DNA of 64,000 bases from positions 1,152,001 through 1,216,000 of the forward strand of contig OZ253665.1 in assembly GCA_965263295.1 (NCBI GenBank). Direction: 5' to 3'. The first letter of the stretch is position 1. Each line of letters begins with the position of its first letter. The DNA is from Spirochaetia bacterium (lineage in GTDB: Bacteria; Spirochaetota; Spirochaetia; SP-2023). A program made the position numbers and the translations under genes. Of the stretch, positions 56,648 through 64,000 are shown piece after piece. Under the pieces are notes generated by a model. It searched no databases. It had not been told where the DNA came from and saw nothing but the letters and a program-made list of their open reading frames with translations.

Positions 56648-57733
56648 TTAAATACCGCAAGGTTCCGCGAGAAAAGTTTCCAGTTCCAGGGGAAACCGCG
56701 CCAGATCCTGATATATATCGACTCTATCCTTGTCCCGCGGGAACCAGGCAAAGAAAGCCGAACCGCTACCACTTAAAGCAGTCCAAGAGGCACCAAGACT
56801 ATACAGATATTGAGGTAATGTTGCAAGCAGCTGAAAACGATGATCTTGCGTGCCCAGCTGGCGCATTGCCGCAAAGAAGTCATTATCTAGCCGCCGTCCC
56901 AGTTCTTCTAAGTTGAACTGCGGCATGGCTAGCAATTCATGTTCCCAGATTCGAGGCCCGGCCAACGGTCGCGCTATCTGCCGATTGAGCTGCCGGTACA
57001 TAACTGCTGTTTCACAATATAGTTGCCTGGGTTTAAACAACCATAATTGTCGCTCTCGTTGCACCTGCCGCAACCGAATTGCCAGTGACGCCGAAACCGC
57101 GAGAATTTTCTCGCCCCGTCCGATCGCCCAGGCTAAGCTACTTTCAAAGTCATCAAAGTCTTGCAAAAAAAACGCGACATCCGAGCCCAGAGCTGCCCCT
57201 AGGCGCCGCAACTCATTCAGCGGGAGAGCTCGGCAACCACAATACTGCGGCAACATGGAATTTAACAATTTCAGAGCTGCCGCAGCGTCACTGGATCCTC
57301 CGCCCAATCCCGCCTGTTGCGGGATATGCTTTTCCAGGCAGAACTGCCATCTTGCCGGCCAACGCTCTACAAACCGCTGACGAGCGTGCAAATATTGTAG
57401 ATAATTTTTTGCCGCCCTGTAAATTAGATTTTGCTCCAGCGCACAGGGGGCCGCCGGTTTTACATCCAGTAATATTTTCACTTCAGCAGCCTGAGATACC
57501 CAGGGCCCAGAGAACTCTAAATCCAGCCGGTCGCCCATGCACAACTCTTCCGACCTCATGGAATTACGAGCGGATGCACTCCGTTGTTCCCCTCGCGCTA
57601 GACGACGCAAATACACGGCCTGCATTAAGGTGCAGATCCGGTGGAAATAGCAGCCGCTATCGGCGTCACGGTATCGTTCTCCGACTTGAAGATGCAGGTT
57701 GATCTTGGCCGGACAAATTATTTCCCGCTTCAC
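56648..57733 (-). CDS. ispE: 4-diphosphocytidyl-2-C-methyl-D-erythritol kinase
   Basis: PAKINLHL, NLIYRAA, KHIPQQAGLGGGSSDAA, LGSDVAFF, GRGE, LSGSGS; GTG start at 57733. Confidence 0.93.
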   Translation of the reverse strand: MKREIICPAKINLHLQVGERYRDADSGCYFHRICTLMQAVYLRRLARGEQRSASARNSMRSEELCMGDRLDLEFSGPWVSQAAEVKILLDVKPAAPCALEQNLIYRAAKNYLQYLHARQRFVERWPARWQFCLEKHIPQQAGLGGGSSDAAAALKLLNSMLPQYCGCRALPLNELRRLGAALGSDVAFFLQDFDDFESSLAWAIGRGEKILAVSASLAIRLRQVQRERQLWLFKPRQLYCETAVMYRQLNRQIARPLAGPRIWEHELLAMPQFNLEELGRRLDNDFFAAMRQLGTQDHRFQLLATLPQYLYSLGASWTALSGSGSAFFAWFPRDKDRVDIYQDLARFPLELETFLAEPCGI

Positions 57734-57890
57734 GGCAAAGATCCAACACATGGCCAAGCCACCAGAAAAGACAGCGCCATGCAGACAATGCCAATTATGA
57801 AGTCGCGCACAATCAAGGTGCAGGACACTTATAAGCCATCCCTTAACAACAAATTTGACAACGAGTTAGCAACCCGAAACTTTTATGCTT

Positions 57891-58628
57891 TTACATTGAT
57901 TCTAAATCGAAGTCTTCAGGTATTTCGAGGTTGCTGGCCACACTTTGGACATCGTCACAATCCTCAAGGCGCTCAATCAAGTTCAATACCTTCTTCACAT
58001 CAGCATGATCCAGATCCAAGCGATTGTCCGCAACCCACTGCACCTCGGCAGAAAGCTGCACAAAACCCTTGGCTTCCAAAGCCGCCAGTACATCCTCAAA
58101 GTCTGCAGGGTCTGTACAAACTTCCCCAGAGTCCGAGACATCTTCCGCCCCAGCTTCCAGAGCGGCTTCAAACAAAGCATCCGAATCTGTCTGCTCCAAA
58201 TCAAAGGCGATCACCCCTTTGCGTTGAAACTGAAAGGATACCGCCCCTGCCGCGGCCAAAGAGCCGTTACCTTTATTCAAAATTGAGCGCACATCAGCAG
58301 CTGTACGATTTTTGTTCTCGGTCAGAGCCTCAATCAACAGGCCGACGCCACCTGGGGCATACGCTTCGTACTGCAACTCCATGTAGGACGCGCCTTCCAG
58401 CTCGCCCGCCCCCTTTTTTATCGCGCGGTCTATATTTTCCTTGGGCATATTTGCCGTGCGCGCTTTGATCAAAGCGGCACGCAAACGAGGATTTCCCTCC
58501 AGGTCACCCCCGCCAATGCGCGCGGCTACCGTGAGCTCCTTAATCAGCTTGGTGAAAATCTTGCCGCGCTTGGCGTCCGCAGCGCCCTTGCGGTGCTTAA
58601 TTGTCGACCATTTGCTGTGTCCCGACAT
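57891..58628 (-). CDS. YebC/PmpR family protein
   Basis: MSGHSKWSTIKHRKG, NPRLR, NMPKENIDRAI, DDVQSV. Confidence 0.96.
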   Translation of the reverse strand: MSGHSKWSTIKHRKGAADAKRGKIFTKLIKELTVAARIGGGDLEGNPRLRAALIKARTANMPKENIDRAIKKGAGELEGASYMELQYEAYAPGGVGLLIEALTENKNRTAADVRSILNKGNGSLAAAGAVSFQFQRKGVIAFDLEQTDSDALFEAALEAGAEDVSDSGEVCTDPADFEDVLAALEAKGFVQLSAEVQWVADNRLDLDHADVKKVLNLIERLEDCDDVQSVASNLEIPEDFDLESM

Positions 58629-58642
58629 AAACCCTTCGCTCC

Positions 58643-59806
58643 TCAGCCGACAGCTCTTTGCAGCTCGGCAATTTTGTCTGTTTGTTCCCAAGGGAACTCA
58701 CTGCGCCCGAAATGCCCATAACTGGCGCTAGGAAAGTAAATAGGTCGCTTCAGATCCAGCGTGCGCACAATGCCCGCCGGGCTAAGGTCAAAGACCTCGC
58801 GCAGACCTTCGGCAATACGCTCTTCACTGGCCTGGCCCGTACCAAAGGTATCGACCATAACTGAAATCGGGAAAGGCACGCCGATGGCGTAGGAAAGTTG
58901 CACTTCACAGCGCTCAGCCAGCTCGGCAGCGACAACGTGCTTCGCAATATAACGTGCCATATAGGCGGCGGAACGGTCAACCTTGGAAGCATCCTTGCCC
59001 GAAAGTGCCCCCCCTCCATGGCGTCCCATGCCACCATATGTATCGACGACAATCTTGCGACCCGTCAGCCCGGCATCTCCATGCGGGCCCCCAACGACAA
59101 AGCGTCCCGTGGGATTAATGTAAAACTTGGTCTCGTCATCCAACAAACCGGTTGTTTCAAGTACATCGCGAATGACCTGTTTAATGAGGATTTCCGCAAT
59201 GGCTTCGCGCTCCATGTGCTCATCGTGTTGATGCGAAATAACTACCGAGTCGATGCGCACCGGCCTAGCATCCTGGTATTCAAGAGATACCTGGCTTTTA
59301 GCATCGGGACGCAGCCAAGGTAAAGCCCCGCCCTTGCGCAGTAAAGCCGCTTTCAGCAAAAGCTTGTGTGCGTAGAAAATTGGCGCCGGCATCAGCTCTG
59401 GGGTCTCACGACAGGCATAACCGAACATCATGCCTTGATCCCCCGCCCCCTGCAAACCATCATACAGGCCACTCGTGCCCGAAACTCCCTGGCCAATGTC
59501 GGGAGACTGCGCGTGAATGACATTCAGAATCGACATAGAGTTCGCGTCCAAACCATATTCGGGCTTTGTGTAACCAATTTCAGCCACGACCTTGCGTATC
59601 AGCTCCTGAATGTCGATGTAAGTCGAAGTTGTAATCTCACCGCCAACCAATACCATGCCGGTCGTCGTGTATGTTTCGCACGCTACGCGACTCTCGGCAT
59701 CATCGCGCAGACAGGCATCCAGCACGGCATCGGATATCTGATCCGCGACTTTGTCCGGGTGGCCCTCGCTGACAGACTCCGAAGTAAAAATATATTTGCT
59801 TGCCAT
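58643..59806 (-). CDS. metK: S-adenosylmethionine synthetase
   Basis: [53 protein letters not shown]. Confidence 0.98.
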   Translation of the reverse strand: MASKYIFTSESVSEGHPDKVADQISDAVLDACLRDDAESRVACETYTTTGMVLVGGEITTSTYIDIQELIRKVVAEIGYTKPEYGLDANSMSILNVIHAQSPDIGQGVSGTSGLYDGLQGAGDQGMMFGYACRETPELMPAPIFYAHKLLLKAALLRKGGALPWLRPDAKSQVSLEYQDARPVRIDSVVISHQHDEHMEREAIAEILIKQVIRDVLETTGLLDDETKFYINPTGRFVVGGPHGDAGLTGRKIVVDTYGGMGRHGGGALSGKDASKVDRSAAYMARYIAKHVVAAELAERCEVQLSYAIGVPFPISVMVDTFGTGQASEERIAEGLREVFDLSPAGIVRTLDLKRPIYFPSASYGHFGRSEFPWEQTDKIAELQRAVG

Positions 59807-59854
59807 AATAAAAAATCCTCAATTATCACTGTGATTGATCAATGCCATTCCCAC

Positions 59855-61438
59855 TTAAAAGAAAAAGCCAGTCTTAATGACTATAGTATAAGTGGCCGGA
59901 TTGTGCAGGTCGATGCCATAGCCAAAGCGGAACTTCAGACTGTGAAAGACCCAGATCAGCTCAAAACCCGAACCCAGAGATGTATCTTCCAAGTTAAAGC
60001 CAGAGGCATTGTTGACCCAAGACAAATCAAAAAAAGGTTCCAACAGAATATCGCCGAGCAGCGAGTCACTGAACACCAGAATGGCCAGGTCCATGTTTAG
60101 GTAAGCAATAAAGTTACCCTTGACGGCATCTTCGCGCTTGCCACGATTGTAGTCACTGACATCAAAATTGTAGCCTTCGTCGTTGAAAACGCCATTGGTG
60201 AAGTCGAACGAAACCCCCGCGCCGGCGCGGCCCTTGAAATTGATTGCGTCAAAATACGAACGGCTCAGGCGCAGGTTAAAATCCAGCTGAATATCTTCCA
60301 GAGCAAAGGCGCGCGAACGGTATAAATCCTCAGGGTCGCTATCCAGACTATAGCTATTGCCAACCGACATGCTGTAGCCATCACGCATGCTCCCCCCAGA
60401 AGATGCGCGTTCTTTATTCAAGCTCAAACTGTGACGGAGATTGGTCGAAAAGTAGGGGTGAGTGGTGACGTTCCCAGAGTAGCCCAGAGTAAAGCTGGAG
60501 CTATCGGAAATTGAATAAGCCATGCCGATGCCAAAGGCTTCCAGGGCACGAATGCCAAAAGAGCCGCCAAGACCGGCATTGACCTCCCAGTTGGCGCCAT
60601 CGACGCGTGCATCGCGCTTGACACCCAGTGAACCGCTGATGCCAAAAATCGGCGACAGCTTAATGGTACTGCTTTTGACGCCGCCAGAAAAGTCCCAGCC
60701 ATAATTACCATCCTGAACTTCAATGACATCAGTATAAAAAGTCACATCGCCCAACAAACCCAGAAAGTTATCCCACTTTAGGCGTCCCTTCACGCCGTAA
60801 CCCGTTCCCGTACTGTAGTAAGGATAGGGAATCGGATAAATCGTCCACGCATCCCGAAACTCGGCCTCGAGTCGCAGCGGGCGCAGCCCAGTGGCACGCC
60901 CATCAATTTCTTTTACGGTTCCATCTTCAGCGCCCTCTCGCGCCTCTTCAATCAAGCGGTAGGTGATACCGCCTTCCTTCTCAAAGTAACCACTGCGGAG
61001 TAAATCGTTAAAGCCGATATCGAGAACTTGACGCAACTCGCTCAAACTGCCATAGCGGTCGCCGGCCCGCACCCCGATACGATGGCTGAGAATCTTCTTG
61101 TTAGAAAGACCCTTTACCGATATGTCCAGCGTCTGTATCAATATCGTGCGGCCATCGTCTTGCAAACTTGCGCGAGTTTCTTCCAGCTCAGGTTTTACGC
61201 CTTGTTCCCGTTTGCCGGGTTCCAATTTACCCGTTTCCAGTCCGCCGACAACTTCGAAATCCTCGTTGTTTGTCTCGGCTTGAATTTCCTCCGTCGGGCT
61301 CGCCTGGCCTTGAACCTCTCCTTCAACTTCTCTTTGGCCGGCTTGTCCCTGCTGAGCCAGCAAGCCGGCGGCAGCAAACAGCCACAATAATATTGAGGAA
61401 GCAAATGCCAACGGAAACGATCGCTGCATAAAAATCAT
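59855..61438 (-). CDS. Putative outer-membrane beta-barrel protein (Omp85/TamA-like layout)
   Basis: Signal peptide, a POTRA-like segment (LLRSGYF), a Gly/Ser/aromatic-rich alternating C-terminal half and a terminal Phe. Confidence 0.6.
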   Translation of the reverse strand: MIFMQRSFPLAFASSILLWLFAAAGLLAQQGQAGQREVEGEVQGQASPTEEIQAETNNEDFEVVGGLETGKLEPGKREQGVKPELEETRASLQDDGRTILIQTLDISVKGLSNKKILSHRIGVRAGDRYGSLSELRQVLDIGFNDLLRSGYFEKEGGITYRLIEEAREGAEDGTVKEIDGRATGLRPLRLEAEFRDAWTIYPIPYPYYSTGTGYGVKGRLKWDNFLGLLGDVTFYTDVIEVQDGNYGWDFSGGVKSSTIKLSPIFGISGSLGVKRDARVDGANWEVNAGLGGSFGIRALEAFGIGMAYSISDSSSFTLGYSGNVTTHPYFSTNLRHSLSLNKERASSGGSMRDGYSMSVGNSYSLDSDPEDLYRSRAFALEDIQLDFNLRLSRSYFDAINFKGRAGAGVSFDFTNGVFNDEGYNFDVSDYNRGKREDAVKGNFIAYLNMDLAILVFSDSLLGDILLEPFFDLSWVNNASGFNLEDTSLGSGFELIWVFHSLKFRFGYGIDLHNPATYTIVIKTGFFF

Positions 61439-61594
61439 ATATTAGATCCTTAAATTCATATATAAAAAAAATTTATTTGTTTTGAACAAAAATAAAATGG
61501 CATAAATTCTAACGGCCTGCCCCCAAATGCACAAGCCAAAACTTCCGCCTTCCTCAATCATTGTTTAGCGCCCCATTTGTCTTGTGCCATGTCA

Positions 61595-61609
61595 ACATGT
61601 CTGACATGT
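61595..61609. promoter_or_regulatory. 15-bp palindrome ACATGTC-T-GACATGT, possible regulator site
   Basis: Lies in the divergent intergenic region about 135 bp upstream of nifJ. Confidence 0.4.
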
Positions 61610-61742
61610 CTTGGCAGCAACTGGACAGGCGCGATTTTTCCGATTAAATTATAGCCATGAATCTGTTTCTAATTGGTCCTTACACTTTTCTATTCACCAA
61701 ATTTAACCTGCTTTTTTCAACATAGTTTTAGCGGAGGACACA

Positions 61743-64000
61743 ATGAGAGCGGACAATCATAAGTTTCGTGTGGTCGATGGCAACCACGCCGCCGCCTACA
61801 TCGCTTACGCTTTGAGTGAGCTGGCGGCAATTTACCCCATTACCCCCGCATCCCCAATGGGTGAAAACGCCGACGAATGGGCATCTAAAGGCGAGCGCAA
61901 CATTTTTGGCCAGGCTGTAGAAGTTATCGAAATGCAATCGGAGGCTGGCGCCGCCGGCACCGTACACGGAGCTTTGTGCGCTGGCGCCCTGTGCAGCACA
62001 TTCACGGCTTCACAGGGTTTGCTGCTGATGCTGCCCGACATGCATAAGATAGCCGGAGAACTTTTGCCGACAGTGTTTCACGTCGCTTCGCGCTCAGTCG
62101 CCAGCCATTCACTATCCATCTTTGGCGACCATTCAGACGTCATGAGCGCCCGCAATACCGGCTTTGCCATGCTCAATGCCGCCGACCCGCAAGAGGTGCT
62201 GGACATGGCCCTAGTTAGCCACCTGGCCAGCCTGAAGTCGTCTGTTCCGTTTTTACACTTTTTCGACGGCTTCCGCACATCCCACGAAATCCAGAAAGTC
62301 CAGTGGTTGGAAAAAGACCAGTTGCGGGAGCATTTTCAGGCCCATTACATGTCGCACTTACAACGTTTTCGCGCGCGGGCCATGCGCCCCGAAAGTGCCA
62401 ATATCCGCATCGCAGCCCAAAATCCAGACGTCTTTTTTCAAGCGAGCGAACGCCGCAATCCTTTTTATGACCAGCTTCCACAACTGGTGCAAGAATGCAT
62501 GAACGAAGTCGCCGAGATGACGGGGCACCACTACCAGCTCTTTGAATATTCTGGTGCCGAAGACGCCACAGCCGTAGTCGTGGCCATTGGCTCGGCCTGC
62601 GCGACCTTGCGCCAGACAGCCCGGCACCTCCAGCGACAAGGCCAGAAAATCGGCGTGCTACAAGTGCGTTTGTACCGTCCGTTCGCCGTCGCGGCCTTTG
62701 CCGCGGCACTGCCGCAAAGCTGCGAACGCATTGCCGTGCTCGATCGCAGCAAGGAAGCGGGCAGCACCGGCGAGCCGCTATACCTGGACGTACTTAGCGC
62801 CATACACCGCCAAGGGCGGACGCTAGCGGTCATCGGCGGACGCTATGGCCTGTCTTCCAAGGAATTCACTCCGGCCCATGCCAGCGCCGTTTTCCGCCAC
62901 TTGCTGCACGGCGGGCAGCACAACTTCAGCGTCGGCATCCGAGACGACATCAGTGGACGCTCCTTGCCGATCACAAACGCCGACGAGGCTCTGGACCTGA
63001 CGCCTCCGGGAACGACCAGTTGTCTGTTCTGGGGGCTCGGCTCGGACGGCACCGTCGGCGCGAACAAAAACTCGGTCAAGATTATCGGCGAGCACAGCGA
63101 TTTGAACGTCCAAGCTTACTTTGTTTACGACTCACGCAAGGCCTTCGGCCTGACGGTTTCCCACCTGCGCTTTGGCCAAGAAAGCTTGCGGCTGCCCTAC
63201 GAAGTTTACCACGCCGATTTTATCGCCTGCCACCATCCCAGTTACCCTCAGCGCCACGAACTACTGGCCCCCCTCAAAGCCGGCGCGACATTCTTGCTCA
63301 ATACCGACCTGAGCCCGCTAGACGCTTTTTATTCCCTCAAAGACAGCGACCGGCAAATCATTATCAAAAAAAAGATTGCCTTTTATGTGATCGACGCCTC
63401 ACACCTGGCCCTGCAGCTAGGCATTAAAGGCCGCATCAATACCATTATGCAGGCCGCCTTCTTCCACTTGTCCGGAGTGCTGCCCCCAGACCAGGCCGTC
63501 GAGCTGATCAAGCAAAGCATTGCGCAGACTTACCGCGCCAAGGGCCAAGATATCGTCGCCAGCAACTGGCGGGCCGTCGATTCAGCCATCGCGGCGCTGC
63601 AATTGCTCGACAAGTCCCAACTTCAGAGCGCGGCCGAGCCGCGCGCAGACGCTGACCGGCAGCGCCAACTACGCGAAAGCCAGGCTGCCCCACCCCACGC
63701 CCAATTCGCCAAAGCCGGCTTTGCCCAAGAAGTCATCCAACCGATCCTGCGCTTCCAGGGGAGCCAGGTTCCCGTATCCGCAATCAGCGCGGACGGCACC
63801 ATGCCCCAGGGTACAGCCCGGCTGGAGAAGCGCCGCATGGCCCTGGAAGTCCCGCGCTGGCTGCCGGAAAATTGCATCCAGTGCAACCTCTGCGTCATGA
63901 CCTGCCCCCACTCTGTCATCCGGGCCAAACAAATTGCCCCCAACAAACTGAAAAACAAGCCCGAAAATTTTGCCACCATCCGTTCCAATACCATTAACGG
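61743..64000 (+). CDS. nifJ: Pyruvate:ferredoxin (flavodoxin) oxidoreductase, 3'-truncated by window edge (not in ORF track)
   Basis: GGAGGA RBS, ATG 61743; VDGNHAAA, IYPITPASPMGE, EMQSEAGAAG, TASQGLLLM, IFGDHSDVM, GLGSDGTVGANKNS, CIQCNLCVMTCPH (same frame at 63873). Confidence 0.97.
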   Translation, partial: MRADNHKFRVVDGNHAAAYIAYALSELAAIYPITPASPMGENADEWASKGERNIFGQAVEVIEMQSEAGAAGTVHGALCAGALCSTFTASQGLLLMLPDMHKIAGELLPTVFHVASRSVASHSLSIFGDHSDVMSARNTGFAMLNAADPQEVLDMALVSHLASLKSSVPFLHFFDGFRTSHEIQKVQWLEKDQLREHFQAHYMSHLQRFRARAMRPESANIRIAAQNPDVFFQASERRNPFYDQLPQLVQECMNEVAEMTGHHYQLFEYSGAEDATAVVVAIGSACATLRQTARHLQRQGQKIGVLQVRLYRPFAVAAFAAALPQSCERIAVLDRSKEAGSTGEPLYLDVLSAIHRQGRTLAVIGGRYGLSSKEFTPAHASAVFRHLLHGGQHNFSVGIRDDISGRSLPITNADEALDLTPPGTTSCLFWGLGSDGTVGANKNSVKIIGEHSDLNVQAYFVYDSRKAFGLTVSHLRFGQESLRLPYEVYHADFIACHHPSYPQRHELLAPLKAGATFLLNTDLSPLDAFYSLKDSDRQIIIKKKIAFYVIDASHLALQLGIKGRINTIMQAAFFHLSGVLPPDQAVELIKQSIAQTYRAKGQDIVASNWRAVDSAIAALQLLDKSQLQSAAEPRADADRQRQLRESQAAPPHAQFAKAGFAQEVIQPILRFQGSQVPVSAISADGTMPQGTARLEKRRMALEVPRWLPENCIQCNLCVMTCPHSVIRAKQIAPNKLKNKPENFATIRSNTIN

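Noticed and set aside
61728..63994. Numerous short track ORFs at the right end, and similar antisense or alternate-frame ORFs across the window
   Set aside because: They are shadows of well-supported genes; here they overlap nifJ, which the track missed because it has no stop inside the window.

Overview
A gene-dense bacterial chromosome segment, most likely from a spirochete. This is inferred from the rpsB-tsf-frr-uppS-cdsA order without pyrH, the ispE-tRNA-rplY-pth-tilS order, a spirochete-style PcnB N-terminus and many lipoproteins. Most of the window is housekeeping: purECFMND plus a separate purL, pcnB-mnmA-trmL-adk, translation genes, epmA and a kamA-family gene, uvrB, hisG-hisD-hisB, metK, nifJ (runs off the right edge) and one tRNA-Gln(TTG). 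I found no CRISPR array, rRNA, transposase, integrase or reverse transcriptase. The most notable accessory feature is an AT-rich tandem duplication at about 47.9-50.3 kb. It holds two paralogous lipoprotein genes, each with its own copy of the upstream region. The second gene is split by a frameshift at an A9 tract and carries 80-aa C-terminal repeats, making it a candidate phase/antigenic-variation locus. Other points of interest: a sigma54-type promoter with about 42-bp-phased upstream motifs before hsp20; a 30-bp inverted repeat; three gene remnants the ORF track does not identify (a decayed betaine-binding-protein duplicate, a GtrA fragment and a possible phage head-protein fragment); several modules that look horizontally acquired; and pervasive short tandem duplications. 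All family and donor assignments come from motif recognition by eye, not from searches.
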